From an uncultured Syntrophomonas sp. (GTDB taxonomy: Bacteria > Bacillota > Syntrophomonadia > Syntrophomonadales > Syntrophomonadaceae): a stretch of DNA of 64,000 bases. The stretch covers positions 1,239-65,238 of the forward strand of contig CAZHHJ010000001.1 in assembly GCA_964531295.1 (NCBI GenBank). Reading direction: 5' to 3'. The notes below the pieces were generated by a model, which was given only the letters and a program-made list of their open reading frames with translations, did no database searches and had not been told where the DNA came from. The position numbers were made by a program, and so were the translations under genes. Position 1 is the stretch's first letter. Every line of letters starts with the position of its first letter. Below, in pieces: positions 31,348 through 40,367 of the stretch.

Positions 31348-32739
31348 CTACATCAGCCTCAGCAGCTGTTTCATCTTCTGCAGGGATATTTTATAGGCCG
31401 GGTATTTTACCGGCAGGTCGAATAACATACTGTTTTTCATAACACTCTTCTGGTGAGAAAAGGTGGTGAAGGAGGCCTTACCATGATAAGAACCGATACC
31501 ACTATCCCCTACTCCCCCGAAGGGAAGCTCCAGGTTGCTAATATGGATAATACTATCATTTATACATACTCCACCTGAAGTGGTCTCCTCCATCATCTTT
31601 TCCTGCTGTTTTTGGTCCCGGGAGTAAAAGTATAAGGCCAGTGGTTTGGGTCTGAGGTTTATGAACTGAATAGCCTCCTCTAGATGCTCATATTCCATCA
31701 CCGGCAGAATAGGACCAAAAATCTCTTCCTGCATTATAGGGGCATCCGGGGAGACCCAGTCTATTATAGTAGGAGAGATATATCTATCTTCCCGCTGTGC
31801 CTCTCCGCCGGTAATGATGTCTCCTTCTCCTAGGAGGGCAAGAATTCTGTCAAAGTGCCTTTCATTGATGATCCTTGCATAATCAGGACACTGCCGGGGA
31901 TCCTCCCCATAGAATTCCGTTATTACCTCTTTCATCTTTTCCAACAGCTCTGGCTTTATGTCCCGGTGTACCAGGAGGTAATCAGGAGCCACGCAGGTCT
32001 GTCCGGCGTTCAGGAATTTACCCCAGCATATCCTGCGGGCCGTGTAATCTATATTAATATTTTTATCTACTACACAAGGGCTTTTGCCACCCAGTTCCAG
32101 GGTCACCGGGGTGAGTTTTTCAGCCGCCGCCTTCATTACTATCCTGCCCACCTCCGTACCACCGGTGAAAAAAATATGGTCAAATTTTTCCTCCAGCAGA
32201 GCCTGGGAGGTTTCAATCCCACCTTCCACCACGGCAATATACTCCCGGGCAAATTCATTCCCTAGCAGTTTTTTTATAACTCTTGAGGTATGGGGCGCGA
32301 GTTCAGATGGCTTCAAAATAACGCAGTTGCCGGCAGCGATAGCTCCCGCAAGAGGAGCCATGATCAGGTGCAAAGGATAATTCCAGGGACCGATGATCAA
32401 AACCACACCCAGCGGGTCATTGTAGATATAGCTCCTGGCTCCCAGGTATATCAGAGGAGTCCTCACCCGAGTCGGTTGGTTCAAACCTCTGATGTTTTTT
32501 AACATATAACGCAATTCAGCCTGCACAAAACCAACTTCGCTTATATAGCTTTCCATAGCGGATTTGCCCAGATCCATATTAAGAGCTTCGAAAATCTCAT
32601 CCTCATGGTCGATCAGCAAAGACTGTGCTTTTCTCAATTGCTCGGCTCTGAACTCCAAACTCCGGGTTTCACCGCTGTTAAAATACTCTCTCTGTTTGAT
32701 TAATAATTCTTTGATAAAGGAATTCTGCATCATCATCAA
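31348..32739 (-). CDS. NAD(P)-dependent aldehyde dehydrogenase (class 3-like)
   Basis: ELGGKSP and the catalytic Cys motif GQTCVAPDY. 463 aa. Confidence 0.92.
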   Translation of the reverse strand: MMMMQNSFIKELLIKQREYFNSGETRSLEFRAEQLRKAQSLLIDHEDEIFEALNMDLGKSAMESYISEVGFVQAELRYMLKNIRGLNQPTRVRTPLIYLGARSYIYNDPLGVVLIIGPWNYPLHLIMAPLAGAIAAGNCVILKPSELAPHTSRVIKKLLGNEFAREYIAVVEGGIETSQALLEEKFDHIFFTGGTEVGRIVMKAAAEKLTPVTLELGGKSPCVVDKNINIDYTARRICWGKFLNAGQTCVAPDYLLVHRDIKPELLEKMKEVITEFYGEDPRQCPDYARIINERHFDRILALLGEGDIITGGEAQREDRYISPTIIDWVSPDAPIMQEEIFGPILPVMEYEHLEEAIQFINLRPKPLALYFYSRDQKQQEKMMEETTSGGVCINDSIIHISNLELPFGGVGDSGIGSYHGKASFTTFSHQKSVMKNSMLFDLPVKYPAYKISLQKMKQLLRLM

Positions 32740-32912
32740 CTCCTAAAACATGTCCCAGGAGATATTTCCTGGCCATATTATCTCCTCCAATTATATCCGC
32801 TTAACCCCCGTGGACCTACTCCTAAAGTATAATTTAAATAGACCAGAACTATCATGAACAGAATAGCCATTATTATGCGCACTTACTTAACTCCTCATTC
32901 TTATGTAGGTTA

Positions 32913-34106
32913 TCATTGCTTTTCAGCTTGAAAGAGAGAATTTTCCTCTTTGACGACTTCTTCCAGGACGACAACTACCAGCGGGTCCAGAATTGATCCA
33001 GAGGCCTTTTTCACTACTTGCAGGGCCTGTTCAGGGGGTAAGCGCTCCTCTTCAGCACATAAGTTGATGAGGGCATCGAAAATATCTGCTACTGCTATAA
33101 TTCTAGCCGCAAAGGGGATATCTGTGGCCAATAAACCCTGTGGTTCGCCGGTACCGTCATAGCGCTCATGATGGTACAAGATACCCTCCCTGACTCTTCC
33201 CAGACCTGGAATTTCCTGCAGTATTAGGGCACCCCGGCTAGCGTGATCTTTGAGGTTCAATTCCTCCGGTCCCTCCGTCTCTAAATCATCCGTTTCATCC
33301 CCCCATAGTTTTCCAATATCATGCAGCAGGGCAGCGTAATATAAATCCTGACTTTCAACGGCATCCAAACCCAGTTTCACTCCCAGCAAGTGACTGATTT
33401 CAGCTACCCTTTCACTATGTCCGGCAAAGCCCGTTTCTCTTCTTTCGATGGCCTGGACCAGAGCCTTTAGCAAATCCAACTGGTAGTCCTGCTGGGTTCG
33501 AAACTGCAGGATCCGGGAGGTTATCGCTGCTGCCTGTACCGTTAAATACTCCAGCATTTCCCTTTGTCGGACGGTATAAGTGCCAGGCTCCTTTATGTTG
33601 AGCAGGAATAAGGTACCGTAACCATCGGGCCTGCTCAATAAAGGGATAGCCAGCAGAGAATGGACATCAGCCGGCATGCTTAAATCGGGGGGACAGCCGT
33701 TTTCCTCATCAATCAAGAGCACGGTCTGCTCTTCCTCAACCCATCTCCCAATTTTTTCTAATTCAGTCCACTCGAGTTCATCTTTTGTGCTGCCGTCATG
33801 AAGTAATATTGTTGCGTTTTCACAGGATACTATCCGGGCGGCATATTTATTAATTACTCTTTCTACTTCTGATAGCTCCCGGCTGCCAATCACTTTCTTA
33901 TTAAATTCCAACAACAGGCGCTGCTCTGCAATATATTCGATACGATTCCTGCTGAGCCCGGCATAATAAGTAATGCCCAGACCCCCCAGCAGGATGATAA
34001 AGGCTATCGCCAGAACCGGTAAAACCTCCACCAGTACCACCGCAGTAAGCAGGGCAGTCGCTGTCAAACCTATTAACACAATATGTTTGGTATCCATCAT
34101 CCTCAC
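32913..34106 (-). CDS. membrane-anchored GAF + HD-GYP-type domain protein (putative c-di-GMP phosphodiesterase)
   Basis: Two N-terminal TM helices, a GAF-like middle domain, HD motifs HSERVA and LLHDIGK, and HHERYDGTGEPQG (GYP replaced by GEP). Confidence 0.82.
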   Translation of the reverse strand: MRMMDTKHIVLIGLTATALLTAVVLVEVLPVLAIAFIILLGGLGITYYAGLSRNRIEYIAEQRLLLEFNKKVIGSRELSEVERVINKYAARIVSCENATILLHDGSTKDELEWTELEKIGRWVEEEQTVLLIDEENGCPPDLSMPADVHSLLAIPLLSRPDGYGTLFLLNIKEPGTYTVRQREMLEYLTVQAAAITSRILQFRTQQDYQLDLLKALVQAIERRETGFAGHSERVAEISHLLGVKLGLDAVESQDLYYAALLHDIGKLWGDETDDLETEGPEELNLKDHASRGALILQEIPGLGRVREGILYHHERYDGTGEPQGLLATDIPFAARIIAVADIFDALINLCAEEERLPPEQALQVVKKASGSILDPLVVVVLEEVVKEENSLFQAEKQ

Positions 34107-34361
34107 TCACAGTCTATCTTTACTTTCCTTAAACATTCGCTATGAAATACTCTTTTCCTACCTCGTGGCTTTTTTTCAGCCGTTGGGCTTGGGCAGGTGA
34201 TCATGATCATCAACAGTTTATGGACTTGAAACGCAGCTTTGCCAGTACTCAAATGGCTTTTGCGGCTGCCTGCTGTACATAGTCTCCGGAATGTCCAGCA
34301 TAAATTCCTTCCACTTCTGGTATAATGTATCTAAAAATTAAGATCTGGAAAGGAAGATTAG

Positions 34362-34883
34362 ATGAGTAAAAATCCGTTGGTGACAATCGAATTAGAAAAT
34401 GGAGGTATAATTAAAGCCGAATTATATCCAGAAATCGCACCCAATACAGTAAATAATTTTATCTCCCTGGTCAATAAAGGCTATTATGATGGGATTATTT
34501 TTCACCGGGTAATACCTGGTTTTATGATTCAGGGAGGCTGCCCGCAAGGTTCAGGTATGGGTGGCCCTGGTTATTCTATCCAAGGCGAATTTTCCGGCAA
34601 CGGCTTTAAAAATGACCTTAAACACGACCGAGGCGTTCTCTCCATGGCCAGAACAGCCGCACCGGATTCAGCCGGATCGCAGTTTTTTATCATGGTCGCT
34701 CCCTCACCCCATCTGGATGGACAATATGCATCCTTTGGCAAGGTTATAGAAGGCATGGAAGAGGCAGATACCATAGTAAACACTAAAAAGAACCGCATGG
34801 ATAGACCTTTGCAGGATCAGAAAATGCTTAAAGTGAGTGTTGATACCTTCGGAGTTGAATATCCCGAGGTAGTAAAATCTTAA
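34362..34883 (+). CDS. ppiB: cyclophilin-type peptidyl-prolyl cis-trans isomerase
   Basis: FHRVIPGFMIQGG and SQFFI motifs. An extended -10 TGGTATAAT lies upstream, at about 34318. Confidence 0.95.
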   Translation: MSKNPLVTIELENGGIIKAELYPEIAPNTVNNFISLVNKGYYDGIIFHRVIPGFMIQGGCPQGSGMGGPGYSIQGEFSGNGFKNDLKHDRGVLSMARTAAPDSAGSQFFIMVAPSPHLDGQYASFGKVIEGMEEADTIVNTKKNRMDRPLQDQKMLKVSVDTFGVEYPEVVKS

Positions 34884-34896
34884 AAGGCCTATAAAA

Positions 34897-34936
34897 AAGC
34901 AAACCTGGAGGCTATTCTCCGGTTTGCTTTTTTTAT
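34897..34936. terminator. bidirectional intrinsic terminator
   Basis: A-tract, GCAAACCTGGAG...CTCCGGTTTGC, then TTTTTTTATT. It lies between convergent ppiB and the MBL gene. Confidence 0.8.
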
Positions 34937-35048
34937 TAAAGCAACCCGATCTTAAGATTACCCTAACAGCGACACTGACTGCTCCGCTGGAGAGGGTAGT
35001 TCGCCGGGATTGTATTTGCTTTTGAGGGTGGCCAGCAACCTGAAAACA

Positions 35049-35852
35049 TCATAACTTTATGCTGCTTCTATGATCAGGATAGGTTTTATGAAGTATTGTA
35101 TCTCTTCCTACCAAATGCCCATTTTCCATGAGAAGCTTCCGTACCGTCTTTTCAGCCAGATCAGGATGATTATTATGCAGGCTGAGGTGAGCCAAAAAAA
35201 CTCTCATTCCTGGCCGACAATTGATACGTGATAGCAATCCTCCCGCATTGACATTGGACAGATGACCACTGCTGCTTTTGATTCTCTGCTTTAGGAACCG
35301 AGGATAAGGTCCATTTTCCAGCATGCCCAGATCATGATTGGCTTCGAGTACCACAGCATCAGCGTCTTGCATGGCTTTCTCTACCCCGGCTGTTACTACA
35401 CCGAGATCAGTTGCCATTACCACTTTTTTGCCTCCATAAAAAAAGGTAAATCCTACCGGGTCGGCTGCGTCGTGGGAAATATTAAAAGCGGTTATGCCAA
35501 CATTTCTTATGCTGAGCTCGTTTTCTATTTCCAGGCAGCATTCGGAAGGGAATCTATGTCTGCAGGGCAGCTTTTCCCAGGTTTTGGGCCTGGTATACAC
35601 TGGAATATGATAACGACGAATAAAGACATCTAAGCCTTTGATATGATCATTATGCTCATGAGTTAATAGTACCCCATCCAGGTCGCCTGCCTTTATGTCA
35701 ACCTCTGCCAGTCCCCGTTCTATCCTGCGAGCGCTAATGCCGGCATCCAACAATAGTGTGGTTTCGCCAAATTTAAAAACCGCTGCATTGCCAGTGCTGC
35801 CACTGGCCAGTATATGTATTTCCAGCTTCTCCATCTCCTTTGCCAGACTCAT
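35049..35852 (-). CDS. MBL-fold metallo-hydrolase, YycJ/WalJ-like
   Basis: ILASGSTGNA N-terminus and THEHNDHIKG metal motif. 267 aa. Confidence 0.82.
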   Translation of the reverse strand: MSLAKEMEKLEIHILASGSTGNAAVFKFGETTLLLDAGISARRIERGLAEVDIKAGDLDGVLLTHEHNDHIKGLDVFIRRYHIPVYTRPKTWEKLPCRHRFPSECCLEIENELSIRNVGITAFNISHDAADPVGFTFFYGGKKVVMATDLGVVTAGVEKAMQDADAVVLEANHDLGMLENGPYPRFLKQRIKSSSGHLSNVNAGGLLSRINCRPGMRVFLAHLSLHNNHPDLAEKTVRKLLMENGHLVGRDTILHKTYPDHRSSIKL

Positions 35853-36076
35853 AGGTGCAAGAAGGTTTCATCCGCAGAAAATTACCCTAGCCTAAAACCG
35901 CGCGCAGTATAATCACTCCCCTAGAACTCTGGCCTAGACCAACAGATCTGGCCTGAATTATCCTGAGCTATAATTAATGCACCTACCCGAGCGGCAATAA
36001 ATCATATATTATATTATACAGAATTACAGCCAGGTAACGTTTGAGTTTTGGAAAAAATATTCCCAGGAGGATGGTC

Positions 36077-36256
36077 ATGTTCAAGTGGAGCAAGAAAAAG
36101 AAAACACTTAGAGAATTGAGACGCAACCAGGGTCTTACTGCCCGGGAGCTGGCATCTATGGCGAAAGTGGATACTGTAGCAATATTAAACGTGGATGAGC
36201 TGAGATTGAAAGATATACCCGAGCCCTTGAAATCCAGGGTAACACCTTATCTATAA
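36077..36256 (+). CDS. small XRE-like HTH protein
   Basis: 59 aa from the ATG at 36077, with AGGAGG 6 nt upstream. Contains LRELRRNQGLTARELASMAKVD, a helix-turn-helix-like segment. Confidence 0.5.
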   Translation: MFKWSKKKKTLRELRRNQGLTARELASMAKVDTVAILNVDELRLKDIPEPLKSRVTPYL

Positions 36257-36269
36257 CGGAGGATTAGGC

Positions 36270-37268
36270 ATGAAAGCGACAAAACCACTTGTTATCATCG
36301 TGGTATTAGCAGTACTCGGATGGACATCATACTGGGCCTACCATCATTATTACAACCCCCCCGGCGATTTACTGGAGGCCAGCGGTACTATTGAGGCTGA
36401 AAGCGTGGAGCTAAATGTCCGCGTTAGCGGCACCCTGATCAGTATAGCCGGGGAGGAAGGCGATTCGCTAGCGAAAGGTCAGTTAGTAGCAGCGTTATCC
36501 CGCAAGGATCTGCTGGCCCAAAGAGAACGTGATGCGCTCAGTGTTGCCGCCCTGGAAGCAAAATTGGATAATCTCCTTTCTGGAGCCCGCACTCAGGAAA
36601 TTAAAGAAGCTTCTGCCCAGGTCAGCTTAGCATCGGCTAGCCTGCAGCAGGCCGATTTGGATCTGGAGAGAAGTAAACGCCTGCTTGAAGCAGGAGCCGT
36701 CTCGGAAATGGAACTGCAGCAGCTGCAGCTCAGTCGCGATAATTTGGCCTATCAGCTGGAAGGTGCTGAGGCCCGGTTGAGCCTTTTACAGGCTGGAAAC
36801 CGGCCGGGTGTAATAGATGCCGCAAGGGCAGAACTGGAGCGAGGTAAGGCGGTTTTGAAAGCAGCTGATGCCCAACTTGAAGATCTACAGCTTTTCTCCC
36901 CCATCGATGGTGTTATCAGCAGTAAAAACTATAGCAAAGGTGAATATCTGCCCTTGGGCAGCTCTGTGGCGAGAATTATCGACTTGAACGACATGTGGAT
37001 AAAAGTTTACATCTCTACTGATGATCTGCCCCGTATTAAGCTGGGCCAAAAGGCCAGCATATCTGTAAGTGGAAGTGATCAAGTTTTCACTGGCACTGTG
37101 GTATATATCGCATCACAGGGAGAATTTACTCCTAAAACTATCCAGACTAAAAAAGAACGAAGTAATGTGGTTTATGGGGTGAAATTAGCAGTAGAAAATC
37201 AGGATGGTCTTTTAAAACCAGGTATGCCAGCTGATGTATCATTCGAGAGCAATGACCATGATCATTAG
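36270..37268 (+). CDS. HlyD-family periplasmic adaptor (YbhG-like)
   Basis: N-terminal TM anchor, a long coiled-coil hairpin, and lipoyl and beta-barrel segments (SPIDGVISS...). Confidence 0.9.
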   Translation: MKATKPLVIIVVLAVLGWTSYWAYHHYYNPPGDLLEASGTIEAESVELNVRVSGTLISIAGEEGDSLAKGQLVAALSRKDLLAQRERDALSVAALEAKLDNLLSGARTQEIKEASAQVSLASASLQQADLDLERSKRLLEAGAVSEMELQQLQLSRDNLAYQLEGAEARLSLLQAGNRPGVIDAARAELERGKAVLKAADAQLEDLQLFSPIDGVISSKNYSKGEYLPLGSSVARIIDLNDMWIKVYISTDDLPRIKLGQKASISVSGSDQVFTGTVVYIASQGEFTPKTIQTKKERSNVVYGVKLAVENQDGLLKPGMPADVSFESNDHDH

Positions 37269-38178
37269 CCAGCGGGTAAGTAAATCTTTCGGGAGAAATA
37301 CAGCCGTAGATGATTTCTCCCTGGAGATTGAGCAAGGTGAGATTTTTGGTCTGGTGGGCCCGGACGGTGCCGGCAAGACCACTTTTATGCGGATGGTGTG
37401 TGATTTGCTGGATGCGGATACTGGAAATATCACCCTTGATGATTTACCAGCCAATAAGTTTCCCCGGGAAAGAATTGGTTATATGCCCCAAAAATTTAGC
37501 CTATATGGCGATTTGACCCTATCTGAAAATATAAATTTTTTCGCGTCATTATATAGCCTGGACAAAAAAATGACTGCAGAACGTTCGGAGGAGATCCTCA
37601 GACTGACCGGATTGCAAGGATTTGAAAATCGTCTGGCCGATAAGCTTTCCGGCGGCATGAAGCAGAAACTATCACTAACCTGCGCCCTCATAACCCGCCC
37701 TGAACTTATGGTACTCGATGAACCAACATACGGTGTTGATCCGGAATCACGCAAAGAGTTCTGGCAAATCCTTTACCGTTTAAATGCCAGCGGTATCACC
37801 ATATTAATATCTACTCCCTACATGGATGAAGCTGAACTCTGTCACCGGGTAGCACTTATCAATTCCGGTAAATTGGTAGCCTGTGATACTCCGGCTGGGT
37901 TAAAAAATATTTTTTCCCAGCGGGTACTGTCAGTAAAGGGCAATATTAGCGATCCATACTTCTTTGATGACTTTCCAGGGGTCATGGATTCATCTTATTA
38001 TTCCCATCGCTTTCACCTGCTGGTGGATGACGCTGAAAAAATGCGCCTAAAACTGGCAGATTATATCCGGCAAAAGGGCATACAAGATGTGCAAATAGAC
38101 GATATTTATCCCAGTATGGAAGACGTCTTTGCTTTCCTGGCCGAGCCTCGTTTGCATATTTCTCCTGCTGCTGATTAG
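37252..38178 (+). CDS. ABC transporter ATP-binding protein (canonical site)
   Basis: GPDGAGKTT, LSGGMKQK, LMVLDEPT. Start taken at the ATG at 37252, overlapping the HlyD gene end. Confidence 0.92.
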   Translation: MTMIISQRVSKSFGRNTAVDDFSLEIEQGEIFGLVGPDGAGKTTFMRMVCDLLDADTGNITLDDLPANKFPRERIGYMPQKFSLYGDLTLSENINFFASLYSLDKKMTAERSEEILRLTGLQGFENRLADKLSGGMKQKLSLTCALITRPELMVLDEPTYGVDPESRKEFWQILYRLNASGITILISTPYMDEAELCHRVALINSGKLVACDTPAGLKNIFSQRVLSVKGNISDPYFFDDFPGVMDSSYYSHRFHLLVDDAEKMRLKLADYIRQKGIQDVQIDDIYPSMEDVFAFLAEPRLHISPAAD

Positions 38179-38211
38179 TGCCTGTTAATCGATCCGGGGA
38201 GGTGCCGTTTT

Positions 38212-39129
38212 ATGGAGTATAGTGTTACTACCTGTAATCTGACCAAGAAATTCGACGATTTTACTGCTGTTGACCAGGTAAATCTTAATATAAAACCCGG
38301 TGAAATCTGTGCTTTTTTGGGACCCAACGGGGCCGGGAAAACCACTACTATTCGTATGCTCTGCGGTATTTTAGAGCCCAGTTCTGGTTTAGGCAGTGTT
38401 CTTGGTTATGATCTATATAAGGATAGTGAGTTAATAAAACAAAACCTGGGCTATATGTCACAGAAATTCAGCCTCTACCAGGATTTGAATGTGCTGGAAA
38501 ATCTAGATTTTTATGCAGGCATATATAGTATCGGTAAAAAAATTAAAAAGGCTAGAATTAAAGAAATGATCTGCCTAGCTGACTTGCAGGGAAGAGAACA
38601 CGAATTAGTAATAAATTTGAGTCAGGGTTTTAAGCAACGTCTGGCTCTAGCCTGCGCCATAATGTCTGATCCAGAAATCATTTTTCTCGATGAACCCACC
38701 AGCGGGGTGAGCCCGGCCGTGCGCCGATCGTTTTTTAATATCATCCAGGAACTGGCCGGCCGAGGAAAAACTATTATTGTCAGCACCCATTTCATGGATG
38801 AAGCTGAACGCTGCGGCCAAATTGCCTTTTTTAGTGAAGGCCAACTCCTGGCCCTGGATAAGCCGGACAAACTCAAAAAGGATTCCATAAAAGGCAGCTT
38901 GCTTAGGATCGAAACAGATAACCCGGTGCTGTTCCTGGATAAAATATCAAAACTACCGGAAGTAAAGGAGGCCAGCATGCACGGCCTGGCAGTACATGTA
39001 ACCCTGGCTGAAAAAGATGATATTGAACTTATCCGCAAGTACTGCAGTAAAACTCCAGAAACTATAGAGCCCAGCCTGGAAGATGTTTTCCTGGCTCTGT
39101 CCAGAAGGAGAGGAGGCCAGACCCCATGA
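38212..39129 (+). CDS. ABC transporter ATP-binding protein (degenerate signature)
   Basis: GPNGAGKTT and IIFLDEPT, but the signature motif reads LSQGFKQR. Confidence 0.92.
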   Translation: MEYSVTTCNLTKKFDDFTAVDQVNLNIKPGEICAFLGPNGAGKTTTIRMLCGILEPSSGLGSVLGYDLYKDSELIKQNLGYMSQKFSLYQDLNVLENLDFYAGIYSIGKKIKKARIKEMICLADLQGREHELVINLSQGFKQRLALACAIMSDPEIIFLDEPTSGVSPAVRRSFFNIIQELAGRGKTIIVSTHFMDEAERCGQIAFFSEGQLLALDKPDKLKKDSIKGSLLRIETDNPVLFLDKISKLPEVKEASMHGLAVHVTLAEKDDIELIRKYCSKTPETIEPSLEDVFLALSRRRGGQTP

Positions 39130-40235
39130 ACCGGATGTTAGCTGTTATGAAAAAAGAATATATCCAAATGCGCCGCGACCGGATTACTCTAGCATTGATT
39201 TTTATGATGCCCCTGGTCCAGATGTTATTGTTTGGTTATGCAATACAGACCGAGGTGAAGCACATCCCTACCGTGGTAATGGACCAGTCGCTATCCAGCG
39301 AAAGCCGTGATATTATAGCATCCTTTTCGGCTTCTGGCTATTTTGATATAGTCTATACAGTGGACAATTATGATGCAGTAACAGCCAGCATAGATAGCGG
39401 CAAGGCTCAGGTCGGAATAATTATCCCCCCGGATTTCACAAAAAAATTACTGAGAAATGAATCAGCTTCTATGCAGGTGCTGGTAGATGCCAGCGACAAC
39501 ATGGTCGCCAACCAGGCTATTGCTACCGCTAATTCTATCGGACTGCTTAAATCCCAGGAAATAATGGTGGAAAACAAGCTGGACACTGCGCTTCCATATG
39601 ATGTTAGGGTGCGCCCCTGGTATAATCCAGATGGTATAACGGCCTTCTACATGGTTCCTGCTATTCTAGGGGTTATTTTAACTATGACCATGGTCATTAT
39701 AACCGCCCTGGCTATTGTAAGGGAGAAAGAACTCGGTACCCTGGAACAATTAATCGTCACTCCCCTGAAACCTTATGAACTGATGCTAGGCAAGATAATT
39801 CCTTACATTGTGCTGGGGTATCTGCAAATAACTGTAGCCCTCCTGGTAGCCAGTTTCTTTTTCCATGTTCCTATTCGCGGTAGCCTGCTGGAATTATATT
39901 TTCTAACCCTGTTTTTCATTACCGCTTCTCTGGGACTAGGCTTAACTATATCCAATGTAGCCCAGAACCAAACCCAGGCTTTTCAGATGGCCTTTTTTGT
40001 TATGCTTCCCAGTATACTGCTGTCCGGTTTTATGTTTCCCCGGCAGGCGATGCCTGATATCATATATTATCTCAGCTTTGTTATTCCCCTGACTTATTAC
40101 CTGGACATCATCCGGGGAATCATGCTTAAGGGTATAGGTTTCTCCTATCTGATGGGGCAGATAACGGCCCTGATCATATACTCACTGCTTATGCTAGGTA
40201 TAAGTACCGCCAAGTTCAAGAAAAAATTAGGCTAG
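39126..40235 (+). CDS. ABC-2 type permease (YbhS/YbhR-like)
   Basis: N-terminal TM helix, a large extracytoplasmic loop, then five C-terminal TM helices. A 4-nt overlap with the upstream ATPase gene. Confidence 0.9.
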   Translation: MNRMLAVMKKEYIQMRRDRITLALIFMMPLVQMLLFGYAIQTEVKHIPTVVMDQSLSSESRDIIASFSASGYFDIVYTVDNYDAVTASIDSGKAQVGIIIPPDFTKKLLRNESASMQVLVDASDNMVANQAIATANSIGLLKSQEIMVENKLDTALPYDVRVRPWYNPDGITAFYMVPAILGVILTMTMVIITALAIVREKELGTLEQLIVTPLKPYELMLGKIIPYIVLGYLQITVALLVASFFFHVPIRGSLLELYFLTLFFITASLGLGLTISNVAQNQTQAFQMAFFVMLPSILLSGFMFPRQAMPDIIYYLSFVIPLTYYLDIIRGIMLKGIGFSYLMGQITALIIYSLLMLGISTAKFKKKLG

Positions 40236-40367
40236 ACGCCTGCCTTGATCGCTGCAGCACCGAGGCCGAACTTTAACCGTAAATCTCAGGTTGAATCCTA
40301 TTAGAAAAATATCCATGGTATGGTAAACTTATCTTATAATTCTTAATCAAAGAGAGGTTAGCCATTT

